A stretch of DNA of 64,000 nt from an uncultured Bacteroidia bacterium (GCA_938086785.1 CALKCM010000008.1:71500-135499), one strand, 5' to 3'; shown: positions 36,454 to 46,383, counted from the stretch's first letter. Notes: a model not told the origin generated them from the letters alone. Made by a program: numbers and translations.

Positions 36454-37799
36454 TAATCTTGCTTCGCTCGGGCAAATTTTTGAGCACGGCTCATGCGATT
36501 GATTTTCTTGTAATAATACAATCGATTTTCTGGGACTTTAATTCGCAGCCTTTGGCCAATAAATATCCCGTTTCCTCTCATATTATTCCATCGTTTGATT
36601 TCTTTAATTGTACAGTCGAAAACATCACTGAGAGTGTAAAGTGCATCTTTTCTTTTTACCGAGTAGGTGATCCATACAAGTTTATCTTGCTTTTGGACGA
36701 CTACTTTTTTTACTTTTGGACTTATAGCTGTTGTGTTACTATCTGCTCCAGAGGAATTATTATCTCTATCAATAGTTGACTTTTTATTTGTATTTTCAAT
36801 GGAAACAATAATTCGTTTGCCTTTAGAAATATCACCAAAAGGCCTTTTTACCAAATCTATGTATTCCACACTATCAATGATTTTAACCATGGTATCATAG
36901 ATAGAAAACGGATGCAATATGTATTTGGTATACGTAAAAATGGTATCTCTTGAGTTTTGATAGGATGATTTACTTGTTTTAGGTATATTAAAGTACTTGG
37001 TTCCACTTAAGGCAGGCACTGTATTTCTTAGTATGCTTGGATTTATGGCGACTAGTGTTTCAACAGCAATAGTTGTGAATTTTTCAATGGTCTTAAAAGT
37101 GGTGGGCAATTCACAACTTACGGTATCTATAAGAATTGTTTGGTAGGGTATGGGTTTGATACCAAAAGTGTCGGCATAAAATAAAACGGTCATCGCAGAA
37201 TAGAACTGATTCAGCGGTTCTTTTTCCTTATTTGACAAGTAGGGATAGAATTCATTGAAATGAACCGTCCCATTGGTTCGAATGATTTGATTTACCCGAA
37301 CAGGACCGATGCTAAATGCTAGAATTGCTTTCTGCCAGTCCTTATATATGCCATAAAGTGTTTTGAGATATTGACATGCTGCTTCGCTAGATTTAATAAA
37401 GGAGAGTCTTTCATCTTCATAGCTATTGGAGATTAAATTATATTTTTTTGCAATTTGATACTCCAGTGGCCAAATGCCTCTAGACCCATTTGCCTTCGAT
37501 TGGAAATGTACATCCATTCCAGTATTGGCTGCAGGGATGTATTTAATAAACCAAGGTAGGCCAAAATTCTTAGTTATATAATCCAAGTCTTTTTCGTATG
37601 CTTGAAATTTTCCAAGCATTTTTGAAACAACTTCATCCTCATTTTTAACCCATGAATTAATATTGGCTTCTAAATCTTTGGAGTAATAGCTAGACAAACC
37701 GGTTTGCGAAAGGTTTTTTACAAAAGGTTCATAGCTCTTCTGGGCGTTTAGTTGCAATACGGCCAGAAGTATTATACAAAAATTAATTATTTTTTTCAC
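36453..37799 (-). CDS. MltD-like (SLT-fold) protein with C-terminal LysM domain; catalytic Glu apparently missing
   Basis: 448 aa with a signal peptide. The SLT-like segment is LPWFIKYIPAANTGM...SRGIWPLEYQIAKKYNL...ILAFSIGPVRV. LysM lies near the C-terminus. Confidence 0.7.
   Translation of the reverse strand: MKKIINFCIILLAVLQLNAQKSYEPFVKNLSQTGLSSYYSKDLEANINSWVKNEDEVVSKMLGKFQAYEKDLDYITKNFGLPWFIKYIPAANTGMDVHFQSKANGSRGIWPLEYQIAKKYNLISNSYEDERLSFIKSSEAACQYLKTLYGIYKDWQKAILAFSIGPVRVNQIIRTNGTVHFNEFYPYLSNKEKEPLNQFYSAMTVLFYADTFGIKPIPYQTILIDTVSCELPTTFKTIEKFTTIAVETLVAINPSILRNTVPALSGTKYFNIPKTSKSSYQNSRDTIFTYTKYILHPFSIYDTMVKIIDSVEYIDLVKRPFGDISKGKRIIVSIENTNKKSTIDRDNNSSGADSNTTAISPKVKKVVVQKQDKLVWITYSVKRKDALYTLSDVFDCTIKEIKRWNNMRGNGIFIGQRLRIKVPENRLYYYKKINRMSRAQKFARAKQD
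36531..36668 (-). other. LysM peptidoglycan-binding domain
   Basis: YSVKRKDALYTLSDVFDCTIKEIKRWNNMRGNGIFIGQRLRIKVP fits the LysM pattern. Coordinates are approximate. Confidence 0.7.
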
Positions 37800-39217
37800 T
37801 TTATTAGGCCTTCCAGTTGATGAGCTATTGATAACAAGATTTGATCCTTATTCATTTCACCCATGATTTGAAGACCCATGGGAAGTCCTTTTTCTGATTT
37901 AGTCATAGGAATAGAGATTGCTGGATTTCCTGCAAGATTTGCATGCACCGTCAATAAGTCTGCTAAATACATAGCAATAGGGTTGGCTGCTTTTTCGCCT
38001 ATTTTAAAAGCGGGTGTTGCAGAAGTTGGAGATAGGATAGCATCGTAGCTTTCAAAAGCATTTTTAGTCCAATTTCGTATAAGTTGCCTTACCTGAAGTC
38101 CCTTTTTATAGTATGCATCATAATAATCGCTACTTAATACAAAGGTTCCAAGAATTATTCTTCGCTGAACTTCTTTTCCAAAACCCTCGCTGCGCGATAG
38201 GGTAAATGTACTCTCTAAGTCTTCGGATTTTTCACTTCTATGGCCATAGGTTAACCCACTGTATCTGCTCAAATTACTTGAAGCTTCAGCCGTGGTCAAA
38301 ATATAATAGGTTGGGACAACATAGTCCAAATAAGGGAAACTAATTTCTTCCACCTCATTTCCAGCATCTTTAATAGCCTGGATTCTTTTTTCAAATGCCT
38401 CTTTGACTTCAGCATCTAAGCCTTCGAGTTCCATGGCTTCTTTGATGATGGCATATTTCTTTTTAGAAGGAGATGTACCCAAATTTAAATTCCATTGTTT
38501 ATTTGAAACAGTGGCATCTTTTTCATCTGGCCCCGACATGATTTCTGTAAGTAATGCAGCATCCTCTGAAGAGCGTGTGATCGGTCCAATTTGATCAAAG
38601 CTACTGGCGTAAGCCAATAGTCCCCAGCGGCTAATTACACCGTAACTGGGTTTGTAACCTACCATTCCAGTAAAAGCGGCTGGTTGCCGAATACTCCCTC
38701 CGGTATCAGAACCTAGGGCTGCATGGCACATTCCAGCTTGAACAGCCACAGCACTTCCGCCACTGCTTCCTCCTGGTACATAATCTTTATTTGCTGCGTT
38801 CAAAACTGGCCCATATGCGGAGTTCTCAGAACTAGCCCCCATAGCCATTTCGTCACAATTGCAAGACCCAATAATAATGGCATCTTCATCCATTAAACGT
38901 TGAACAGCAGTTGCAGTGTAGAGCGATTCGAAATCATCCAAAATTTTACTCGATGCATTTACTCTCTTCCCCTCTAAACACATGTTTGATTTAATGGCAA
39001 TGACAACACCTGCTAACTTACCAGCAGATCCTTTGGCAATCTTAATATCAATAAGAGAAGCCCGTTCTATGGCATCTTTTTCCCATACATCAATAAAAGC
39101 ATTGAGGTTCGAATGAATCTTAATGGCATCTAAGTAACCTTGTACCATAAGGGTACAAGAAATTTTCTTGTTGGCAATGTCCGATTGTATATCGGCTATT
39201 CGAGAATAGGATTTCAA
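37796..39217 (-). CDS. gatA: Asp-tRNA(Asn)/Glu-tRNA(Gln) amidotransferase subunit A
   Basis: 473 aa. The amidase signature is [11 protein letters not shown]...[12 protein letters not shown]. Confidence 0.93.
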   Translation of the reverse strand: MKSYSRIADIQSDIANKKISCTLMVQGYLDAIKIHSNLNAFIDVWEKDAIERASLIDIKIAKGSAGKLAGVVIAIKSNMCLEGKRVNASSKILDDFESLYTATAVQRLMDEDAIIIGSCNCDEMAMGASSENSAYGPVLNAANKDYVPGGSSGGSAVAVQAGMCHAALGSDTGGSIRQPAAFTGMVGYKPSYGVISRWGLLAYASSFDQIGPITRSSEDAALLTEIMSGPDEKDATVSNKQWNLNLGTSPSKKKYAIIKEAMELEGLDAEVKEAFEKRIQAIKDAGNEVEEISFPYLDYVVPTYYILTTAEASSNLSRYSGLTYGHRSEKSEDLESTFTLSRSEGFGKEVQRRIILGTFVLSSDYYDAYYKKGLQVRQLIRNWTKNAFESYDAILSPTSATPAFKIGEKAANPIAMYLADLLTVHANLAGNPAISIPMTKSEKGLPMGLQIMGEMNKDQILLSIAHQLEGLIK

Positions 39218-39423
39218 CTTTCTTTTGAATCTTCAGAACTTTCGTTCATCCCTTTCTTGATTTCGTTAGACACGCTATTTTTGGCATCATTGAATTCCCT
39301 AACGCCACGTCCTAATCCTTTCATAAGTTCCGGGATTTTCTTACCACCAAACAGAAGTAAAACTAAAAAAGCAATTAAAACTATTTCCATGGGTCCCATG
39401 CTTGATAAAAACAATAATGTCAT
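39214..39423 (-). CDS. tatA: Twin-arginine translocase TatA/E family subunit
   Basis: 69 aa. [36 protein letters not shown] is the canonical TatA TM segment plus amphipathic helix. Confidence 0.88.
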   Translation of the reverse strand: MTLLFLSSMGPMEIVLIAFLVLLLFGGKKIPELMKGLGRGVREFNDAKNSVSNEIKKGMNESSEDSKES

Positions 39424-39454
39424 ACTTATTTCTCCTTAATTTTTTGTAACAATA

Positions 39455-39462
39455 CAAAGGTA
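39455..39462 (-). promoter_or_regulatory. -7 box TAccTTTG upstream of tatA
   Basis: Plus strand reads caaaggta. It lies 31 nt upstream of the ATG at 39423. Confidence 0.4.
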
Positions 39463-39537
39463 AAGGCTTAATCTATAAAATTAGACATACTTTTAAACAA
39501 ATTTGGTTACATATTCGTATAATATGGTCTTGAAGGA

Positions 39538-39545
39538 TATTTTTG
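39538..39545 (+). promoter_or_regulatory. -7 box TAttTTTG upstream of frr
   Basis: Perfect match, 15 nt before the ATG at 39561. It overlaps the TTG start used by the ORF track, which argues against that start. Confidence 0.45.
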
Positions 39546-39560
39546 TACTTTAAATACAAA

Positions 39561-40118
39561 ATGGCTACATCAGAAGTAATACAAGAATTAAAGGATCTAT
39601 TGGAGAAAAATCTTCAGCATACTCACGTGCAGTTTAATAAAATACGAGCGGGTAAAGCCACACCAAATATGTTGGATGGAGTGGTCGTGCCTTATTATGA
39701 CGTACCCACTCCCTTAAGTCAAATGGCCAATATTAATACACCTGATGCCAGAACAATAACTATACAAGCATGGGATAAAAGTGCATTAAGAGATATTGAA
39801 ACAGCTATTGTAAATAGCAATTTAGGGTTTGCTCCTCAAAACGATGGCGAGTTTATTCGAATTAATGTTCCTCCTTTAACAGAAGAACGAAGAAAAGAGT
39901 TCGTAAAAAAATCCAAAGCTGAAGCAGAAAATTCAAAAGTAGGAATTCGAAATTTGCGAAAAGAGGCTAATGAGCAAATAAGAGCCTTGGTTAAGGATGG
40001 TTTGAGCGAGGATGAAGCCAAAACAGCAGAAGCTGAAGTGCAAATTCAAATTGATCTTTACATAAAAAAGACGGATGAGGTTACCGTTAAAAAGGAAGCA
40101 GAAATTATGACGGTTTAG
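39561..40118 (+). CDS. frr: Ribosome recycling factor
   Basis: 185 aa with FNKIRAGKATPNMLDGV and PPLTEERRKEFVK. Confidence 0.93.
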   Translation: MATSEVIQELKDLLEKNLQHTHVQFNKIRAGKATPNMLDGVVVPYYDVPTPLSQMANINTPDARTITIQAWDKSALRDIETAIVNSNLGFAPQNDGEFIRINVPPLTEERRKEFVKKSKAEAENSKVGIRNLRKEANEQIRALVKDGLSEDEAKTAEAEVQIQIDLYIKKTDEVTVKKEAEIMTV

Positions 40119-40129
40119 TTATTAAACCA

Positions 40130-42229
40130 TCAAGATATTTTACTCCATACCGTTCGATTTGGGATTTTATCCATTTCGTTCCGAACGACGATGTTTTTTG
40201 GTTCAGTCAACCACTCATCTTGATCGATCAATATTTCCACATCCTTACGCGTGCTAACAATCAAGTGTTCATCTGTTTTTAAATCGGCTAATTTTAAATC
40301 TAAAATGCCACTTTGTTTGGTTCCGTCCATGTCTCCGGGGCCTCTTAATTCCATATCTACCTGGGCAATATGAAATCCGTCTGAGCTTTTTACCATCGTC
40401 TTCATGCGAGTCCTTGCACTCTTACCTAATTGATGCGTGGTAGATAGTATGCAAAAGCTTTGCTCAGTTCCACGGCCAACGCGCCCCCTTAATTGATGTA
40501 GTTGGGCCAGTCCAAAACGATCGGCATTTTCAATAATCATGATGCTGGCATTGGGAACATTTACCCCTACTTCAATAACCGTTGTAGCTATCATTATTTG
40601 GGTTTTATGTTGCTTAAATAACTGCATTTGATGCTCTTTTTCGTCGGGTTTCATTTTCCCGTGAACTATGCTGTATGTATACTCTGGCGTAGGTAAGTAC
40701 TCGGTGATCATGTCATACCCACTCATGAGACTCTGAAGATTTAATTTATCGCTATCTTCGATTAGAGGAAATACGACATACATTTGTCTGCCCAGAGCTA
40801 TTTGTTCCTTTGCGAAATCCATGACAAAAGCTCTCTGCTCTGTATATCGGTGCACTGTTTTAATTTCTTTTCTTCCGGCAGGCATCTCATCAATAATACT
40901 AACATCTAATTCGCCATAGACGGTTAATGCCAAGGTTCGCGGTATTGGGGTTGCAGTCATCACTAAAATATGAGGAACATACTCACTTCCTTTTTCCCAA
41001 AGCTTCGCCCTTTGGGCTACTCCAAATCGGTGTTGCTCATCAATAACTACGAGTCCCAGGTTGTGGTACTTTACATCATGCTCTAAAAGCGCATGCGTTC
41101 CAATAAGGACTTCTATTCTTCCGTCTGCTAATTTTTCTATTATTTCTTTACGTTCTTTCTTCCGTGTATTTCCTGTAAGAAGAACAGGGCGTATTCCCAT
41201 TCCTTTCAGAAATTCACTAAATGCTTGAAAGTGCTGCGCAGCTAATATCGCGGTTGGAGCCATAATACAGGTCTGAAAACCGTTGTCCATGGCAATTAAT
41301 GCGGCCAATGCTGCAACCATCGTTTTTCCACTCCCCACGTCTCCTTGAAGCAATCTATTCATTTGTACACCAGTTCTCATATCCTCCCTAATCTCCTTTA
41401 CTACTCTTTTTTGAGCTCCAGTAAGGTCAAACGGGATGTGATGATGAAAAAAAGTATTAAAATTATCGCCTATGGTATTAAATATGAGTCCTTTATAATT
41501 GGTTTGATTGTTTTTCTTAAGGATTAGATGCCGCAATTGAAGATAAAATATTTCTTCATACTTAAGCCTTGCCTGAGCTTTTTCCAAGTTTTCAGTCTTG
41601 GTTGGAACGTGTAACTCGCGAATGGCCTCCGATTTAGATACGAACTGATGTTTTTGAAGAATATCATAAGGCAGTGTTTCTGGCAGCATAAATTCTTGCA
41701 TATCTATAGCATTCCTGATAATATCTGCTAAAGTTTTGCTATCTATTTTTCGCTTGCGCAGTTGTTCCGTTAACGGATATATGGGGACCAATCCTGAGGC
41801 TCCCCGGGCTATATACTTTTCAGCATCTTCGAGTTCAGGATGTGCTATGGAAAATGAATTTCGATATATTTGGGCTTTCCCAAAAAGGATATATCGTCCT
41901 CCTTCTTTCACTTTTTCCTCAACCCACTTTCCGCCACTAAACCAAACCAGTTCAACCTTTCCAGTGTCATCTGTAAACCAAGCCTTTAATCGCTTGGATT
42001 TTCCTTCACCCTCCCAACCGGAGAAGCTAATATTTCCTGCAAGTTGCATGGAAATTCCATCGCTTAAGTCGGATACTTTATGAATTTTGCTTCGGTCCTC
42101 GTATCGCACAGGATAGTGGCTTAGGAGGTCAGCTATAGTCACAATCCCTAAGTGGCTCCCTAACATTTCAGCCCGAGTGGGGCCAACGCCTTTGATGAAC
42201 TTAATATGGGTTTGCAAATAGGTAGACAA
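40130..42229 (-). CDS. recG: ATP-dependent DNA helicase RecG
   Basis: 699 aa. LQGDVGSGKT is Walker A and VIDEQHRFG is the DEQH box. The C-terminal QLHQLRGRVGRG motif is present. Confidence 0.95.
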   Translation of the reverse strand: MSTYLQTHIKFIKGVGPTRAEMLGSHLGIVTIADLLSHYPVRYEDRSKIHKVSDLSDGISMQLAGNISFSGWEGEGKSKRLKAWFTDDTGKVELVWFSGGKWVEEKVKEGGRYILFGKAQIYRNSFSIAHPELEDAEKYIARGASGLVPIYPLTEQLRKRKIDSKTLADIIRNAIDMQEFMLPETLPYDILQKHQFVSKSEAIRELHVPTKTENLEKAQARLKYEEIFYLQLRHLILKKNNQTNYKGLIFNTIGDNFNTFFHHHIPFDLTGAQKRVVKEIREDMRTGVQMNRLLQGDVGSGKTMVAALAALIAMDNGFQTCIMAPTAILAAQHFQAFSEFLKGMGIRPVLLTGNTRKKERKEIIEKLADGRIEVLIGTHALLEHDVKYHNLGLVVIDEQHRFGVAQRAKLWEKGSEYVPHILVMTATPIPRTLALTVYGELDVSIIDEMPAGRKEIKTVHRYTEQRAFVMDFAKEQIALGRQMYVVFPLIEDSDKLNLQSLMSGYDMITEYLPTPEYTYSIVHGKMKPDEKEHQMQLFKQHKTQIMIATTVIEVGVNVPNASIMIIENADRFGLAQLHQLRGRVGRGTEQSFCILSTTHQLGKSARTRMKTMVKSSDGFHIAQVDMELRGPGDMDGTKQSGILDLKLADLKTDEHLIVSTRKDVEILIDQDEWLTEPKNIVVRNEMDKIPNRTVWSKIS

Positions 42230-42337
42230 GAATACAAATTTGGTGGAGGATGTTTAATGATGCAAGTAGAACTTTCCCAAGGCTTGTTTATTTTAAAATC
42301 TTTATTCCCAAATCCATTGTATATTTCGGAAAATTTA

Positions 42338-43672
42338 ATGGGAACTAAAATGAGAAAACTCAAGTTGCATTGGAAAATATTAATCGGCATGATTACAGGT
42401 GTCTTGTTTGGATTTATCATGCTTCAATTCACTGATGGTAAGAGTTTTGTTCAGGACTGGATCGAGCCCATTGGAGTCATTTTCGTTCGCATGCTTAAAC
42501 TGATTGCCATTCCTTTAATTGTGGCATCTCTTATTAAAGGAATTATAGATTTAAAGGATATCTCAAAGTTTAAGTCCATGGGTATAAAAACCATTTTCTT
42601 ATATGTGAGTACAACTATTATTGCCATTACTATTGGATTAACTATTGTAAATATTGTTAAGCCAGGTGAGGGTATTTCTGAGGAGACAATAATTCAACTT
42701 AAAGAAACCTATGCATCCAACGATAAGATTCAAGAACGAATATCTGAGGCTGGAAGTCAGCAAAGTAAGGGTCCTCTGCAGTTTGTTGTAGATATGGTGC
42801 CCGATAATGCGGTTAAGGCTATGGGTGATAATAAATCGATGTTACAAGTAATTTTCTTCAGTATTTTCTTGGGGATTTGTATGTTACTTGTTCCAACGAA
42901 ACGTGCGGAGCCCTTAAAAAACTTTTTTGATGCCTTAAATGCGGTTGTATTAAAAATGGTAGATATTATTATGCTATTTGCGCCCATTGCGGTAATGGCC
43001 TTATTAGCTACTGTGATTGTTACAGCCAACGATGCGGATGTGCTTTTGGCCCTTTTGAGGTATGCAGGCGTTGTTATTGGAGGCTTATTATTCATGGTTG
43101 TTTTCTATCTTATCGTGGTTTCCCTCTATGCTAAAAAATCTCCTTTTTGGTTTCTACAACAAATGGCTCCAGCCCAGTTACTTGCTTTTTCTACAAGCTC
43201 AAGTGCAGCAACTTTGCCGGTGACTATGGAAAGGGTAGAAGAACACATCGGAGTAGATAAAGAGGTTTCAAGTTTTGTATTGCCCGTAGGAGCTACGATT
43301 AATATGGACGGAACTAGTTTGTATCAGGCAGTTGCATCTGTTTTTATAATGCAGGTTTTATGGCCTGAGGGTCTAAATTTTACCAATCAGCTCATCATTG
43401 TTCTCACTGCATTAATGGCATCCATTGGGTCTGCCGCTGTTCCGGGCGCTGGAATGGTAATGCTAGTTATTGTCTTAGATGCCATTGGCTTTCCCAAGGA
43501 ATTACTTCCTATTGGCTTGGCCTTAATTTTTGCAGTAGATAGACCTTTAGATATGATGCGAACAACTATTAATGTAACAGGAGATGCTTGTGTAGCTATG
43601 GTTGTAGCTAAATCTGAAGGAAAGTTGGGAGAACCTGATGTGAAGAATTGGGATGACCATTTAGACCAGTAA
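42338..43672 (+). CDS. Dicarboxylate/amino acid:cation symporter (GltP/DAACS family)
   Basis: FSTSSSAATLP, NMDGT and DRPLDMMRTTINVTGD are DAACS signatures. The start is moved to 42338 (MGTKMRKLKLHWKILIG) because the longer ORF overlaps recG. Confidence 0.88.
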   Translation: MGTKMRKLKLHWKILIGMITGVLFGFIMLQFTDGKSFVQDWIEPIGVIFVRMLKLIAIPLIVASLIKGIIDLKDISKFKSMGIKTIFLYVSTTIIAITIGLTIVNIVKPGEGISEETIIQLKETYASNDKIQERISEAGSQQSKGPLQFVVDMVPDNAVKAMGDNKSMLQVIFFSIFLGICMLLVPTKRAEPLKNFFDALNAVVLKMVDIIMLFAPIAVMALLATVIVTANDADVLLALLRYAGVVIGGLLFMVVFYLIVVSLYAKKSPFWFLQQMAPAQLLAFSTSSSAATLPVTMERVEEHIGVDKEVSSFVLPVGATINMDGTSLYQAVASVFIMQVLWPEGLNFTNQLIIVLTALMASIGSAAVPGAGMVMLVIVLDAIGFPKELLPIGLALIFAVDRPLDMMRTTINVTGDACVAMVVAKSEGKLGEPDVKNWDDHLDQ

Positions 43673-43757
43673 ACATTCGTGTTCGGTTATTTTTTCAGAC
43701 TATGATTAAGAATTTTTTTTAGAACAATAGCTTAAGTATATTGTTAAAGAGGAGAGT

Positions 43758-44894
43758 ATGGGAGTTTATAAACAAGGCTTTGTGTTTGCAAAGTTTAAAA
43801 AAGAGAAACAAGATCCCTTCGATCAATTGTTTACTATTTTTAAAGAGTTGATAACGCATACTTCAGGTGACTTCGATGAAGCCATCGATTGGTTGAGAGA
43901 GTTGGATAAGGAATATCAGCTTACTAGTCCAAAATACACCATTGAAGATTTCATTGAGGATCTTAAAAAACGCGGATATATTCGAGAAGAGTTTGAGGAT
44001 GGGGCGGGTGATGGTTCGGGAGATGGATCATCAATAGTCATGGCTGCTAAGCTTGAACAGGCCTTGCGAAAGAATGCTTTGGAGCAAATCTTTGGAAAAT
44101 TGAAAAAAAGTCAAAAAGGAAATCATAGCACTACTAAGGGAGGAATAAGCGATGATGCTTCGGGAGACTTTAGAGGATATGCCTTTGGAGATGCCATAGA
44201 GCAAATATCTTTAACGGAAAGTTTAAAAAGTGCTCAAATAAATAATGGTATTGGAGATTTCAATTTACAAGAACGCGATTTAGTTGTAGAAGAAACCTAC
44301 CACAAAGCTCAAATGAGTACAGTGCTCATGATTGATATTAGCCATAGTATGATTCTTTATGGGGAAGATAGGATCACGCCTGCTAAGAAAGTAGCCATGG
44401 CATTGGCAGAACTTATTACGAGCCGATACCCAAAAGATACCTTGGATGTAATTGTTTTTGGGAATGATTCATGGCCCATTAAGATTAAGGATATTCCTTA
44501 TTTAAAAGTAGGGCCCTATCACACCAACACTGTTGCAGGTTTGCAACTGGCTATGGATATATTGCGACGGAAAAGGAATTCAAATAAGCAAATATTCATG
44601 ATAACAGATGGCAAGCCGAGCTGTGTGCGCGAACAAAATGGAGAGTATTATAAGAATAGTAACGGATTAGACCCATATATAGTAGATAAATGTTATTCCA
44701 TGGCTGGGATGGCAAGGAAGATGCAAATCCCAATCACCACTTTTATGATTGCCCAAGATTATTATTTGCAACATTTTATAGAGGAGTTTACCAAGGCTAA
44801 TAAAGGGAAAGCATTTTATACTGGGATTGAAGGATTGGGTGAAATGATTCTAAGGGATTTTGAACAAAATAGAATAAAACGACTAAAAGGATAA
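43758..44894 (+). CDS. von Willebrand factor A (VWA) domain protein
   Basis: 378 aa. The MIDAS motif D-I-S-H-S lies in TVLMIDISHSM (nt 44334-44348), with ITDGKPS downstream. A Gly/Asp-rich linker reads EDGAGDGSGDGSS. The stop abuts the ATPase start with a 0-nt gap. Confidence 0.8.
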   Translation: MGVYKQGFVFAKFKKEKQDPFDQLFTIFKELITHTSGDFDEAIDWLRELDKEYQLTSPKYTIEDFIEDLKKRGYIREEFEDGAGDGSGDGSSIVMAAKLEQALRKNALEQIFGKLKKSQKGNHSTTKGGISDDASGDFRGYAFGDAIEQISLTESLKSAQINNGIGDFNLQERDLVVEETYHKAQMSTVLMIDISHSMILYGEDRITPAKKVAMALAELITSRYPKDTLDVIVFGNDSWPIKIKDIPYLKVGPYHTNTVAGLQLAMDILRRKRNSNKQIFMITDGKPSCVREQNGEYYKNSNGLDPYIVDKCYSMAGMARKMQIPITTFMIAQDYYLQHFIEEFTKANKGKAFYTGIEGLGEMILRDFEQNRIKRLKG

Positions 44895-46361
44895 ATGATT
44901 AATATAAATACACTTGGAGCTCTTAAAGCTTCAAAATACAATTCAAAAAACATTAAAGATGAATTGAGAGATAACCTCATTTCTAAGCTGCAGAATAAAG
45001 AACCATTGTTCGCAGGAGTTATAGGGTATGATAACACCGTCATTCCACAAATCAAGAGGGCTATTTTAGCGAAGCACAATATAAACCTTTTGGGTTTAAG
45101 AGGGCAAGCCAAAACAAGGATTGCAAGATCCATGGTTCAGCTCTTGGACGAATACATTCCAGTCGTTGAAGGTTCTGAACTAAATGATGATCCTTACCAA
45201 CCTCTTTCTAGATTTGCAAAAGATCGTCTTGAGGAAATGGGGGATGAAATGCCTATTACTTGGCTGCATCGTGACGAAAGATTTTTTGAGAAGCTTGCTA
45301 CTCCCGACGTAACAGTGGCTGATTTAATAGGAGATATAGATCCTATTAAAGCAAGTAATTTAAAATTATCCTATGCTGATGACCGAGTGATCCATTTTGG
45401 GATGATTCCAAGAGCCAACCGCTGTATTTTTGTGATTAATGAATTGCCTGATTTACAAGCGCGTATCCAGGTAAGTTTATTTAATATCTTGCAAGAGGGC
45501 GATTTGCAAATACGCGGATATAAACTTCGTTTACCCTTAGACGTTCAATTTGTATTTACTGCAAATCCTGAAGATTATACCAATAGAGGTAGTATTGTTA
45601 CTCCTTTGAAAGACAGGATTGGTTCACAAATTTTAACCCATTACCCCAAGGATATTGCCACAGCCAAAATTATTACTCAGCAAGAAGCCAAATTAAGTAA
45701 TAATCAAAGAGATGCTGTTTCTGTTCCTAGCATGGCTTATGATTTAATTGAAATGATTGGCTTTGAGGCAAGAAGAAGTGAATATATTGATTCAAAAAGT
45801 GGAGTGAGTGCGAGGATGAGCATAACGGCCTTAGAAAGTGCGGTAAGTACTGCTGAATTGAGAATGCTTCAGGCCGGCCGGAAATCTACACTTTTAAGAT
45901 TAAGTGACTTTGGAGGGCTTATACCTGCAATTACGGGAAAAGTAGAGTTAGTTTACGAAGGGGAGCAGGAAGGATCGGAAGAGGTTGCCCTGTTGTTAAT
46001 TTCAGATGCAACCAAGACTCTATTCAACTCATATTTTCCGAGTATACCCAAACTGCAGAGAGCAGATGAAAATGGGCCTTATACAGCATTAATTAATTGG
46101 TTTGTCGAAGGAAATCAATTGGAACTTTTGGATACAGACAGTGAAAAAGAATATAAAACAAAATTAAATTCCCTTAGTCCCTTAAATGATCTGATACAGA
46201 AGTATTGTTCTGATCAAAAAGATACGGATGAGGCATACTTTCTAAAAGAGCTTATTTTATGGGGCCTTTCGGCCTATGATAAACTTAGTCGCAAACCATA
46301 CGATGGAGGGAATCAGTTTAAGGATATTGTGGGAAATATTTTAAATGATTTACAGAGTTAG
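44895..46361 (+). CDS. AAA+ ATPase, Mg-chelatase/ComM-like, with deviant Walker motifs
   Basis: 488 aa. The Walker A-like motif is GLRGQAKT (nt 45093-45116). The Walker B-like motif is CIFVINELPDL (nt 45423-45443). FVFTANPEDY resembles sensor 1. Confidence 0.7.
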   Translation: MININTLGALKASKYNSKNIKDELRDNLISKLQNKEPLFAGVIGYDNTVIPQIKRAILAKHNINLLGLRGQAKTRIARSMVQLLDEYIPVVEGSELNDDPYQPLSRFAKDRLEEMGDEMPITWLHRDERFFEKLATPDVTVADLIGDIDPIKASNLKLSYADDRVIHFGMIPRANRCIFVINELPDLQARIQVSLFNILQEGDLQIRGYKLRLPLDVQFVFTANPEDYTNRGSIVTPLKDRIGSQILTHYPKDIATAKIITQQEAKLSNNQRDAVSVPSMAYDLIEMIGFEARRSEYIDSKSGVSARMSITALESAVSTAELRMLQAGRKSTLLRLSDFGGLIPAITGKVELVYEGEQEGSEEVALLLISDATKTLFNSYFPSIPKLQRADENGPYTALINWFVEGNQLELLDTDSEKEYKTKLNSLSPLNDLIQKYCSDQKDTDEAYFLKELILWGLSAYDKLSRKPYDGGNQFKDIVGNILNDLQS

Positions 46362-46365
46362 AAGT

Positions 46366-46383
46366 TCAATCAAAAATGATTGA
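46366..46383. terminator. Weak AT-rich hairpin between convergent genes
   Basis: tcaatca / tgattga 7-bp stem with loop aaaa. Stability is low. Confidence 0.25.

Noticed and set aside
36411-36779. 122-aa plus-strand ORF.
   Set aside because: It is antisense across the junction of two well-supported minus-strand genes and has a low-complexity composition.
41736-42083. 115-aa plus-strand ORF, and 42160-42420 on the minus strand.
   Set aside because: The first is antisense within recG. The second spans the recG/symporter promoter region and has no supporting features.
42206-42337. N-terminal extension of the Glu/Asp symporter ORF.
   Set aside because: It overlaps the recG start on the opposite strand and encodes non-membrane filler. 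DAACS proteins start just before the first TM segment (MRKLKLHWKILIG).
43747-43757. Shine-Dalgarno-like aaagaggagag immediately upstream of the VWA gene ATG.
   Set aside because: The spacing from AGGAG to the ATG is only 3 nt, which is too short. Bacteroidota generally make little use of SD pairing, so this is probably coincidental purine richness.
43758-46361. Reading the VWA/AAA+ pair as a true Mg-chelatase (BchI/BchD) or cobaltochelatase (CobS/CobT).
   Set aside because: No tetrapyrrole or cobalamin genes are nearby. The sizes and domain order do not match BchD or CobT, and the Walker motifs are deviant. I kept it only as a chelatase-like remodelling pair of unknown function.
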